Assembly: GCA_028870845.1 (NCBI GenBank)
Contig: JAGWOR010000006.1
Location: 12,065-76,064, forward strand
Length of the DNA: 64,000 nt
Direction of reading: 5' to 3'
From: Gammaproteobacteria bacterium
GTDB lineage: Bacteria; Pseudomonadota; Gammaproteobacteria; Natronospirales; REEB76
Numbering within the stretch: position 1 is the stretch's first letter; every line of letters starts with the position of its first letter. This document shows, piece after piece, positions 48,376 through 57,374 of this stretch. Made by a program: the position numbers and the translations under genes. The notes below the pieces were generated by a model. That model was not told the origin of the DNA. It was given only the letters and a program-made list of their open reading frames with translations, and ran no database searches.

Positions 48376-48807
48376 TCAGGCCGGTACCCCGGGAAAAACC
48401 GCGGGAGTCCAGTTTTTTTCACGCCGGGCGAGACGTTGCGACATGTTTTCGCCGGAATAATCCACAGCCTGCGCAGGCTGTTGCAGCAAATGGCGTACTT
48501 CCAAAACATTGGCATTGATGCTGGCGTATCCCATACCTTTGATCTGCAACACCGCGGCCACATAAATGCCGCATTCAACGCACAGCAGGAAATCCGTAAT
48601 CCCAAGTCCAAAGCGGTAGCGCTGCAGGTGTTGCGGGGAATCTGCGCGGATGACCGCCCTGCCGCGGGCATCCGTGGCGCTGACTACCCCGTGCATGCGG
48701 CAAAAGGAACATTGGCAGGCTCGCAGCGGCAGGTTTGCGGGCTCGAAACCGGTTACAAAAGCGAGCTGCAGACTACCGCAGTGACATCGGCCGCTAAACA
48801 GGCTCAT
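48376..48807 (-). CDS. GFA/CENP-V family (glutathione-dependent formaldehyde-activating-like) Zn protein
   Basis: 143 aa. Motifs CHCGS...CQCSFCRMHG...C.ECG. Its stop abuts the Omp85-like start with no spacer. Confidence 0.55.
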   Translation of the reverse strand: MSLFSGRCHCGSLQLAFVTGFEPANLPLRACQCSFCRMHGVVSATDARGRAVIRADSPQHLQRYRFGLGITDFLLCVECGIYVAAVLQIKGMGYASINANVLEVRHLLQQPAQAVDYSGENMSQRLARREKNWTPAVFPGVPA

Positions 48808-48960
48808 GACGCTGAAATCATGGTTTTAAATCCGCTCCGCGTGGATGCCGGCAGCTGGCTGCCGGTTCTGTTCGCATATGGCACTTACTATACGGATTTA
48901 CGCCGTCACCAATATACCGGTTTACCCTCGTTGTTCCACAGGTGACGGCAGGCGCTTAGT

Positions 48961-50352
48961 GTGGCAGTCTGCTGCGCCATGGTCGCTTCTCCAGACGCCA
49001 AATCGTCCCGATTACCTCGCAAGCTGGGCGCCTGGACGGGTGCCGCCGTGGTGGTGGGCGTCATCATCGGCAGCGGCATTTACAAAATCCCCTCTGACGT
49101 TGCACACCTGACCGGCAGCCTCAGCGGCGTGGCGCTGGTCTGGATACTGGGCGGCTTGATCTCGCTGTTTGGTGCGCTTTCCATCGCCGAGCTGGCGGCC
49201 ATGTTCCCGGATGCAGGCGGCCCCTATGTCTATCTGCGCGAGGCCTTCGGCCGCCCGCTGGCCTTCATGTTCGGCTGGATGTGGCTGATCACCACGCCGA
49301 ATGCCTGGGCCGCCCAGGCAGTGACCTTCGCCGACTACTTCGGCACCTCGGTGGCATTCACGGCCTTTGAGAAACAGCTGCTGGCGGCTTTGCTCATCAC
49401 CTTGCTGTCGGCGGTGAGCTACTGTTCCGTGAATCTGGGTGCCTGGGTGCAAAACCTCTCCACCGGCACCAAACTCGTGGCCCTGGCAGGCCTGGCGGTA
49501 GCATTGTTTGCTTTCGCACCCCACACCAGCTCCAGTCTTACCGCCCTGGGCTCCGGACACATCATCTGGTCTGGTATCGGCGTGGCCCTGATCGCATCCC
49601 TTTGGGCCTACGATGGCTGGGTAAACATCACCCCGCTATCGGGTGAAATGAAACAGCCCCAAACGACGCTACCGCGCGCCCTGATCTACGGTACGCTGGT
49701 AACGCTCGCGGTCTACCTGATCATGAATGCGGCTTTTGCAACCGCCCTGCCGTTCCATGCGCTGGCCTCATCCAAGGCCGTGGCCAGTGACGCGTTGACT
49801 GCCGTGCTTGGGCCTGGAGCAGCCGTGGTAATCGTGATTCTGGTGATGATCTCCACCTTCGGCTCCATGAATGGCAGCATCCTTTCAGACCCGCGGGTGT
49901 TCTACGCCATGGCCGAGGACGGTCTGTTCCTGCGTTCCGTGGGCAAGGTTCACCCCCGCTTCCAGACTCCATATGTGGCCATCGTGTTCAGCTGGGCGCT
50001 GGCCATGGTGTTCCTGTTCTTCCGCAACTTCCTGGATCTGGCTGAAGCCTATGTGCTCGGCATCTGGCCGTTCCTGGCGCTGTCTACCATCGGCTTGTAC
50101 GTGCTGCGCCGGCGCCGGCCTGAGCTGGCGCGGCCTTACAAGGTATGGGGCTATCCGGTCGTACCCATGTTGTTCGTGCTGGGAACTTTCCTGGTGATCA
50201 GTGACACTTATTATGAGCATTTTCGATTGCACCCCCTGGATACCGGCTTCAGCCTGGCACTGATCCTGGTGGGATTGCCGGTCTACTGGATCTGGACCTG
50301 GTACCAGCGGCGCACGCCTGACTCCGCAAACCGGGCAGCCGGCCTGGAATAA
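48961..50352 (+). CDS. APC-family amino acid permease
   Basis: About 12 TM segments. Motifs VVGVIIGSGIYKIPS and ELAAMFPDAGGPYVYL. The start could be the ATG at 48979. Confidence 0.8.
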   Translation: MAVCCAMVASPDAKSSRLPRKLGAWTGAAVVVGVIIGSGIYKIPSDVAHLTGSLSGVALVWILGGLISLFGALSIAELAAMFPDAGGPYVYLREAFGRPLAFMFGWMWLITTPNAWAAQAVTFADYFGTSVAFTAFEKQLLAALLITLLSAVSYCSVNLGAWVQNLSTGTKLVALAGLAVALFAFAPHTSSSLTALGSGHIIWSGIGVALIASLWAYDGWVNITPLSGEMKQPQTTLPRALIYGTLVTLAVYLIMNAAFATALPFHALASSKAVASDALTAVLGPGAAVVIVILVMISTFGSMNGSILSDPRVFYAMAEDGLFLRSVGKVHPRFQTPYVAIVFSWALAMVFLFFRNFLDLAEAYVLGIWPFLALSTIGLYVLRRRRPELARPYKVWGYPVVPMLFVLGTFLVISDTYYEHFRLHPLDTGFSLALILVGLPVYWIWTWYQRRTPDSANRAAGLE

Positions 50353-50394
50353 AACTCGCCGCAGCCCGCGAATCCGATACTGGCATTTACAGCG

Positions 50395-51741
50395 ATGCTT
50401 TGCTTGAAATTACCCGCAGCCATTGCCATCCTGCTGCTGCTTGCCGCGGGCGCGGCTGCAGCAAATGACAACCCGTTACAGGAATTACTCGCACAGTACG
50501 TCAATAAGCCCGATCCGTCATACAACTGGCATGTGCTGTGCGCGACTCGCTATGCCGGCGGCGATTATGCGGAGCTGCTGATGGCCTCCCAAACCTGGCA
50601 TGGCCTGGTCTGGCGACACCATTTATACATCATCCGGCCTGACAGCACGCCCGCCAGCATCCATTCCGCGGCTTTGTTCATCACCGGCGGGCACTGGCGC
50701 CCACAGGATGAAACGCCCGCGACAGTGGGATGCCGGCATAATCCGGACGCAGGCGTCTACCTGGGCCTGGCTGCCAGCTTGCACATGCCGCTGGCGGTCT
50801 TGCAGCAAGTGCCGGAAGAGCCGCTGTTCGGTGGCAAAACCGAGGATGCACTCATCGCTTACAGTTTTCAGAAATATCTCGCCACCCGCGATCCCAGCTG
50901 GCCACTGTTAATGCCCATGGTTAACAGCGCGGTGCGCGCCATGGATACGGTGCAGTCCTACACCCGGGAACGCTGGCAGGAGAACATCCGGGATTTCCTG
51001 GTCTTCGGAGTTTCCAAACGCGGCTGGACCACCTGGCTTACCGCCGCGGTGGATCCACGCGTCAAAGCCATCGCCCCCATGTCCTTCAGCATGCTGGATA
51101 TCCCGCAGCAGTTGCACCTACAGCAAACCCTGTGGGGCAGACTTTCGAATCAGATCGCCGACTACAGCCGTACCAACCTGACCGAAAAAGTCCAGGCGGG
51201 CCAGGCCCATGGTCTGATGCAGCTGGTGGACCCCTGGAATTACCGCAACAAAATCCATCAGCCCAAACTCGTGGTAGACGGCACCAACGACCCCTACTGG
51301 CCGGTGGTGTCAGCCAACATCTACTGGCCATCTTTGGCGGGAGACAAATACCTGCTGTATCTGCCCAACAATGGCCACGATCCCACGGACTACCGGCGGC
51401 TGTTCGCCGATCTCGCGGCTCTGGCATGCCAGATGAACAATGGAACACCACTGGCGAAACTGCACTGGCGGTTCATACGCCACGCTGGACACATCCAGCT
51501 GCGCTTGTGGTCCAACGTGGCGCCTGACCGGGTGCGCATCTGGCGCGCGTATTCCACAACCCATGACTTCCGCAATTCACTGTGGCTGAAGACCCCGGTG
51601 TTTTGCCGCCAAAAGGCATGCGACTACAGCCTGAAGATTCCCAAAAACCTGCACATGGCGGTTTTCGGTGAAGCACAGTATCCAGGGCCGGGGCACCACG
51701 ATTATTACCTGTCCACCCAGGTGTGGGCTGGTGGTCCCTGA
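50395..51741 (+). CDS. PhoPQ-activated pathogenicity-related protein (PqaA family), secreted
   Basis: Signal peptide, WRHHLYIIRP, and VSKRGWTTWLTAAVDPRVKAIAPM, which is typical of this alpha/beta-hydrolase-like family. Confidence 0.65.
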   Translation: MLCLKLPAAIAILLLLAAGAAAANDNPLQELLAQYVNKPDPSYNWHVLCATRYAGGDYAELLMASQTWHGLVWRHHLYIIRPDSTPASIHSAALFITGGHWRPQDETPATVGCRHNPDAGVYLGLAASLHMPLAVLQQVPEEPLFGGKTEDALIAYSFQKYLATRDPSWPLLMPMVNSAVRAMDTVQSYTRERWQENIRDFLVFGVSKRGWTTWLTAAVDPRVKAIAPMSFSMLDIPQQLHLQQTLWGRLSNQIADYSRTNLTEKVQAGQAHGLMQLVDPWNYRNKIHQPKLVVDGTNDPYWPVVSANIYWPSLAGDKYLLYLPNNGHDPTDYRRLFADLAALACQMNNGTPLAKLHWRFIRHAGHIQLRLWSNVAPDRVRIWRAYSTTHDFRNSLWLKTPVFCRQKACDYSLKIPKNLHMAVFGEAQYPGPGHHDYYLSTQVWAGGP

Positions 51742-51796
51742 GCATCCATGCAGACCGGCGGCTGCTGATGGCAGCCGCCGGTTTCGGTTCATGACA

Positions 51797-54700
51797 TCAA
51801 GTCTGCGGCAACTGTGGTGCCTCGAACGCCGCAGGTTTGCCCACCAATAAGGTGGGGACTCCGCCAGCATAAGCCGCCTTGTTGAAGGCAGGGATGTCCT
51901 GCTGCAAGAGCTGATTGAAGCGCGCCAGGTAAGCGTTCAGGCGATTTTGCAAGTCCGCCACTTTGTTTTTAAACGCTGCGCTGGGCGCCTGCGCGAAGCC
52001 GCCGAGGAAAAAGCCGTTCCACTGCAGTTCACCTTGGAAATGCGGTAGATCCTTGAGGAAATCCTCATCGACGTTGTGCTGGAAACCCGGATCCCATAAT
52101 TCATTTTTCAGATCCGTGATCTTGGCGTTGAGCTTTTTCGCGGCCGCCGCCAGCCCGGCGTTGGCTTTGTTGTCGCCCGCCTGTTTGAGCTTCCCGTCCA
52201 TGCCATCAAGCTGCTGCTGCCAGGCCGTCAGCCGGTTCAACATGCCGTTCACGGCACTCATCTGGTTGCGCAGGGTCAAGGCCATCCACAGGCGCGCCCG
52301 ATAGTCCGCCAGGCTGACCTTTACATTCGGATCCATGCGTACGCTGATGCTTTGGGTGAGCGTGTGGCCGTCCGCGTCGAACGTCGCGGTGTAGCCGCCC
52401 GGCAGTACCTGCGGGCCGCCGCCGCGTTCTTCACCGGCGCCCTTGAGGAAATCAATGGGCCTGGGTCCGGCGTAATCCAGATCCCAGACGAACTGGTTCA
52501 GGCCGGCTTTGCCCGGTGCATGCAGGGTGTTTACGGTATGTCCATCAGCGTTCTTGATCACAATCTTGACCGGTCCCTTGTGGTCGTGCTTGTGCTTGGC
52601 TTGGATACCGGCTTTCAGGTAATAGCTGAATTCCACGCCTTCCGGGGCATTTGGAGCCGAGTAGGTCCACTGCTGGCCTTCGTCGGTGGACCAGTGGTTA
52701 TACAGGGTGCCTGGCTGGGGGCTGAACAGATGCAAGTCGCTGGTGCGCAGCGTATCGCTCCATTCCTCCAGCGGCCGCAGGTTGTCCAGCACGAACAGGC
52801 CGCGGCCATGGGTGGCCACCGCCAATGAATGCGTGGCGGGCACGAATTTGAGATCGAACACGGGCACAGTGGGAAAATTACCCTTGAGTGGCCGCCAGTG
52901 GCCGCCGTCATCCATGGAGTAGTACAGGCCGGTCATGGTGCCGGCAATCAGCATGCCCCGGTGGTTGGGGTTCTCGCGCACCACCAGCACCGGCGTGTGC
53001 TGCGGCAGACCGTCGGTGATGCGGGTCCAGCTGCGCCCAAAATTGCTGGTGCGGTATACATACGCCTGGTCGTCGTTGAGCATATGGGCATCGAAACTCA
53101 CGTAGGCGGTGCCGGCATCAAACGGTGAAACCCCGACCTGATAAACCCGCGCCCATTGCGGCGCCCCCCGCGGGGTGACATTCTGCCAGTGCGCCCCGGC
53201 GTCACGGGTGACCTGCACCAGGCCATCATCGCTACCCACCCAGATCACCTTGTCCGGGTCTGTAGGTGCGAGCGTGATGGAAAGCAGGGTGTCGTAATTT
53301 TCAGCGGTACTGACATCGTGATAAATCGGGCCGCCAGGGATTTGCTGCTTGCTCTTGTCATTGCGTGTCAGATCCGGGCTGATGACCTGCCAAGTGGTTC
53401 CGCCATCATTGCTCTTGAACAGCACATCGGCGCCGATATACACGGTATTGGCATCGGTAGGCGAGACCGCGATGGGCGAGGTCCAATTGAATCGATATTC
53501 GGATTCCGCCAGAGTCTTGGCAGTGTTCTGCAGTCCATAAGAAGTGGAAGGACGGATCATCCGCGAGAGATGCGTGCGCGTGTCATAACGCACCGTATAT
53601 CCGTCCTCCAGATCGGCATAAATAATGTGCGGATCACTGGGCGCAATCACTGCATATTCGCCGTCACCGCCAACGGTGGTGAACCAGTTCTTGCCGGTCA
53701 CCCCCCTCTGGTTCAGGGCGCTGCTGGGTCCGCACCAAGCGCTGTTGTCCTGCAGTCCAAGGCAGGCATGGAAAGGCGATTGGTCATCCACCGACACCGT
53801 ATAGGCCTGCTCGATGGGCAGGGTGTCAAGGAAGCGCCAGTTCTTGCCGCCATTAACGCTTAAAAACACGCCACCGTCGTTGCCCTGAATGATGCGTTGC
53901 GGATTCATTGGATCCACCCATACGGCGTGGTGATCCACGTGCACGCCGCGATCGATGGGATGCGCAGTCTTGCCGCCGTCGTCCGATTCCATGAGATTCA
54001 ATGAACTGAAATAAATCCGGTTTTGGTCATTGGGCGCCACCACCATGCCGGCGAAGTACCAATTGCGCACCGCCAGCGCATGATCATTGCTGGCCATGGT
54101 CCAGCTGTCACCCAGATCAGTGGATGACCAGAGCATGCCTTGTTTGGTGGGGATCAGCGCATAAACATGTTCCGGATTGGACATGGCCGCAGCCAGGGTA
54201 ATACGGCCGGTATCGCCATCAGGCAGGCCTTTGCTGAGCTTGTGCCAAGTGCTGCCGCCATCCGTGGAGCGCCACACGCCGCCTGAGGAGCTGCCATTGA
54301 TCAGTGTCCAGGGATAACGTCGCACGCTCCACATGCCGGCAAACAACACCTGGGGATTACCCGGCTCCATAATGATGCTGGAGGCGCCGGTGCGATCATC
54401 CACAAACAACACCTTCTGCCAACTCTTGCCGCCATCGGTGGTGCGGAACACTCCGCGTTCCGCATTGTCCCCCCATGGATTGCCCAATGCGGCCACAAAC
54501 ACGATCTCCGGATTCTTGGGATCGATGACGATCGCCGAGATCTGGCCGGCTTGCCTAAGGCCTTTAAATTGCCAGCTTTTACCGCCGTCCGGCGAGTAGT
54601 ACACACCGGCACCAGTCAGCGTGTCATTGCGCACGTTGGCTTCACCCGTGCCGACCCAGACCAGGTTCCGATTGGAGGGCGCCACAGCAACTGCGCCTAT

Positions 54701-55006
54701 GGATGCGGTATCCGCGTGGGAAAAAACCGCTTTCCAGGTATCGCCGCCATCGGTGCTTTTCCATACGCCTCCGGCAGCGGCACCCACGTAATATATGTTG
54801 GGATTGCCCGGAATGCCGACCACCGAGGTCACGCGACCTCCGGCCGCCGCCGGGCCGATATCGCGGAATTTGAAACTGGAGGTGAATTCCGGAGTCGAAG
54901 CCGCAGGTTCCGCCAGGGCTGGCAGCATCGGCAATACCGTAAGGCAAGCCGCTAGAGCCAGACCCAAGGACATGTGGGATTTAACGGACAGGAATTTGTT
55001 AGACAT
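51797..55006 (-). CDS. BNR/Asp-box repeat protein, sortilin/VPS10-like double beta-propeller, secreted
   Basis: 1069 aa with a signal peptide and at least 10 Asp-boxes (S.DGG.TW variants: KSTDGGDTWK, SPDGGKSWQ, TTDGGKSWQ, STDGGSTWH, SNDGGTTWQ and others). Confidence 0.8.
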   Translation of the reverse strand: MSNKFLSVKSHMSLGLALAACLTVLPMLPALAEPAASTPEFTSSFKFRDIGPAAAGGRVTSVVGIPGNPNIYYVGAAAGGVWKSTDGGDTWKAVFSHADTASIGAVAVAPSNRNLVWVGTGEANVRNDTLTGAGVYYSPDGGKSWQFKGLRQAGQISAIVIDPKNPEIVFVAALGNPWGDNAERGVFRTTDGGKSWQKVLFVDDRTGASSIIMEPGNPQVLFAGMWSVRRYPWTLINGSSSGGVWRSTDGGSTWHKLSKGLPDGDTGRITLAAAMSNPEHVYALIPTKQGMLWSSTDLGDSWTMASNDHALAVRNWYFAGMVVAPNDQNRIYFSSLNLMESDDGGKTAHPIDRGVHVDHHAVWVDPMNPQRIIQGNDGGVFLSVNGGKNWRFLDTLPIEQAYTVSVDDQSPFHACLGLQDNSAWCGPSSALNQRGVTGKNWFTTVGGDGEYAVIAPSDPHIIYADLEDGYTVRYDTRTHLSRMIRPSTSYGLQNTAKTLAESEYRFNWTSPIAVSPTDANTVYIGADVLFKSNDGGTTWQVISPDLTRNDKSKQQIPGGPIYHDVSTAENYDTLLSITLAPTDPDKVIWVGSDDGLVQVTRDAGAHWQNVTPRGAPQWARVYQVGVSPFDAGTAYVSFDAHMLNDDQAYVYRTSNFGRSWTRITDGLPQHTPVLVVRENPNHRGMLIAGTMTGLYYSMDDGGHWRPLKGNFPTVPVFDLKFVPATHSLAVATHGRGLFVLDNLRPLEEWSDTLRTSDLHLFSPQPGTLYNHWSTDEGQQWTYSAPNAPEGVEFSYYLKAGIQAKHKHDHKGPVKIVIKNADGHTVNTLHAPGKAGLNQFVWDLDYAGPRPIDFLKGAGEERGGGPQVLPGGYTATFDADGHTLTQSISVRMDPNVKVSLADYRARLWMALTLRNQMSAVNGMLNRLTAWQQQLDGMDGKLKQAGDNKANAGLAAAAKKLNAKITDLKNELWDPGFQHNVDEDFLKDLPHFQGELQWNGFFLGGFAQAPSAAFKNKVADLQNRLNAYLARFNQLLQQDIPAFNKAAYAGGVPTLLVGKPAAFEAPQLPQT

Positions 55007-55202
55007 GCGGTTGAATCTCCCGTGACTACGGGCATCCCTGCCGTGTGACGATCAGGCAATCTTGTTCGGACTAGGTTGTGTTGGTTGCTGGCTGGATTAG
55101 CGGCCAGGCTCGGCATCCTACACCTCATGCATGCTTGCAGACAGTTCTTCTTAAGCCGGCGCCGGCACCGTGGTAAGTGGAGCGATAACAGCTGCCCGCG
55201 TC

Positions 55203-55230
55203 TTGACAAACCAAGAACCAGTGTTATAGT
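55203..55230 (+). promoter_or_regulatory. Candidate strong sigma70 promoter TTGACA-N16-TATAGT
   Basis: Consensus -35 at 55203-55208 and -10 at 55225-55230, 32 nt upstream of the DUF4097 gene ATG at 55262. Confidence 0.45.
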
Positions 55231-55261
55231 GAATTACATCACCAATTTACATAGGTGCCCT

Positions 55262-56515
55262 ATGTCCATCCGCCGTCTTCTCGCTGGTCTCCTCATCACG
55301 ACTGTGTTGGCCTTCCCAGGCTTGGCCACAGCAGGCCCGTCAGAAGGCGATGCCGCCCGTATCCAGGCCAACCTGAACTATGCCGGGCCGCTGCCGGCGA
55401 GCACCTCCAGGATCAAATTAGAAAACCTAGTGGGCCACCTGAGCGTAACCCAAGGCAGCAGCTTCCGGGTGACCGCCACCGTGGTGGCCGGCGGCAGTAA
55501 TCAAGCCGATGCCCAGGCACTCGCCCAAAGCGTGCACTTCGATACCAGCCAGTCAGGCAATGAATTTACCCTGCATGTGCATTACCCGGTGGACCGCTAT
55601 ACCAGCTACAGCTACCCGGAGCGCAGCGACAACGGCAACAAGAATTATTGCTTTGTGGGCATTTTCTGTGTCGATGCGAGCGGCAGCAGCCTGAGTTATC
55701 AGGATACGGATGTCCGCGTATATCGCAGTGGCCGACGCGGCGTACCGTTGCATGTGGATGTGGCCGTCCAGCTGCCGGCCGGCATGTCCATGTCTCTGGT
55801 CAACTACGTGGGTCTGGCGGAGGCCAGCGGCATACACAACGATTTGCGCATAAAAACCTCGAGTGGCAACGTGCAAGTCAGCAAAATGCAAGGCCGCCTT
55901 TCGGCGGATACAGGTTCAGGTGACGTGCATGTGGCAGATCTCACCGGTAATTTAAGCGTGGATACCGGCAGTGGCGACGTCTTCGCCGAACGCCTGCGCG
56001 GCAACCTGCACGCCGATACCGGCTCCGGCGATGTACACGTATCTGATTCACAAGGGCAGACGCTGTATGCCGACACTGGATCCGGCGACGTGCTGTTATC
56101 CGAAGTGAAGGGCGACATGAAATTTGACACCGGTTCCGGGGATGTGAAACTGGAAGGCGGCAAGGGTTCATTGCATGCCGATACCGGTTCCGGAGATGTA
56201 ATCGCCAGAAACTATGCTGCAGGCAGCAGTGTATGGGCGGATACCGGTTCCGGCGATGTCAGCCTGTTTGGTGACCTGTCCGCGGTGCGCAATCTTTACA
56301 TCGATACCGGTTCCGGTGACGCCACTATCAAAACCAGTACAGGCCTATCGATGCATCTGGATGCCCATTCGGACAGCGGGGATGTCAACATCAATCTACC
56401 GGAGATGCATAACGTGGTCATGCACCGTGGAAAATTCGTGGCCGATTTCGGCAAAGCCGAAGGACAGGGAACCATTTCCACTGGCAGCGGCGATATCAAT
56501 GTAACCCGGGGGTAA
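55262..56515 (+). CDS. DUF4097-family beta-strand repeat protein, secreted
   Basis: From the ATG at 55262: signal peptide MSIRRLLAGLLITTVLAFPGLATA, then about 10 tandem units of roughly 19-20 aa built on DTGSGDV. Confidence 0.75.
   Translation: MSIRRLLAGLLITTVLAFPGLATAGPSEGDAARIQANLNYAGPLPASTSRIKLENLVGHLSVTQGSSFRVTATVVAGGSNQADAQALAQSVHFDTSQSGNEFTLHVHYPVDRYTSYSYPERSDNGNKNYCFVGIFCVDASGSSLSYQDTDVRVYRSGRRGVPLHVDVAVQLPAGMSMSLVNYVGLAEASGIHNDLRIKTSSGNVQVSKMQGRLSADTGSGDVHVADLTGNLSVDTGSGDVFAERLRGNLHADTGSGDVHVSDSQGQTLYADTGSGDVLLSEVKGDMKFDTGSGDVKLEGGKGSLHADTGSGDVIARNYAAGSSVWADTGSGDVSLFGDLSAVRNLYIDTGSGDATIKTSTGLSMHLDAHSDSGDVNINLPEMHNVVMHRGKFVADFGKAEGQGTISTGSGDINVTRG
55907..56500 (+). repeat. In-frame tandem coding repeats (about 57-60 bp period) encoding the DTGSGDV units
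   Basis: Recurring GA(T/C)AC(C/A/T)GG(T/C/A)(T/A)(C/G)(C/T/A)GG(N)GA(T/C)GT cores, for example at 55907, 55963, 56020, 56077, 56131, 56181, 56241 and 56303. Confidence 0.7.
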
Positions 56516-56519
56516 AATC

Positions 56520-57251
56520 ATGCGACTGCATACCAGGCTGGTTGTTTACGGTAGCTTGATGGTCGTTGTGGCGCTGCTGCTCACGGGCTGCAATGTCAAC
56601 AAGAACATTGATGTGCCCAGCAACGCGCATTGGTCCAACGGCAGCAGCACCATTAACGGCGAAATCACCGTAGGCGCGGGCGCCACCGTGGATGGCGGAT
56701 TGCGCACCATCAATGGCGCAATTCATCTGGAGGCCGGCGCCCATACCGGGGACCTGGCCATCGTAAATGGCGGCATCACCCTGGCCGACGGCGCACACGC
56801 AGGGAAGCTGGCGGGCGTCAACAGCTCGGTCACGCTCGGCAAGAACGTGCTAATCAGTTCAGACATTGCCGTAGTAAACGGCAACCTGCGCAGCGCTCCC
56901 GGCACCCGCATTCAAGGTTACGCGGCCGTCGTCAACGGCGACATGGCATTGTGCGGCACAGTGGTATCCGGTCATCTGCGCTTCGTGAACGGCAGCATTT
57001 GGCTGGCTGACGGCAGCACGGTGCAGGGTGATATCACTGCTAAACAGCCAAACGGCAGCCGCAACAACCCTCCGCCGGTGGTGGTAATCGGGCCGCACGC
57101 CAGCGTGGGCGGCAGCATCATTTTCGAACGCCCCGGCCAGCTTTATGTAAGCGATAGCGCCGTGATCCACGGCGTGCAGGGCGTCACCGCCACGAAATAC
57201 AGCGGCGACGCACCTACCGGCGTGATGCTGCTGAAATGTCCGACTGACTAA
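56520..57251 (+). CDS. Lipoprotein with beta-helix type repeats (bactofilin-like / polymer-forming fold)
   Basis: Lipobox LLLTGC, followed by periodic (I/V)NG.(I/V).(L/V) units (TINGEITV, TINGAIHL, IVNGGITL, GVNSSVTL, VVNGNLRS, VVNGDMAL, FVNGSIWL). Confidence 0.55.
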   Translation: MRLHTRLVVYGSLMVVVALLLTGCNVNKNIDVPSNAHWSNGSSTINGEITVGAGATVDGGLRTINGAIHLEAGAHTGDLAIVNGGITLADGAHAGKLAGVNSSVTLGKNVLISSDIAVVNGNLRSAPGTRIQGYAAVVNGDMALCGTVVSGHLRFVNGSIWLADGSTVQGDITAKQPNGSRNNPPPVVVIGPHASVGGSIIFERPGQLYVSDSAVIHGVQGVTATKYSGDAPTGVMLLKCPTD

Positions 57252-57374
57252 TTAAGGAATAAGCGTATGTCCCGTCAAATTCCGCACTGTACCTCGCCGC
57301 CCTAGGCATCGCTGCGACGCTCAGCCGTCGCGACGCATCTGCATTAAAACCCATTTCATCCCGGAGGAAGTATC

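Noticed and set aside
55076-55261. N-terminal extension of the DUF4097 ORF (track start at 55076).
   Set aside because: The extension covers the near-consensus promoter and precedes a clean signal peptide that starts at the ATG at 55262.
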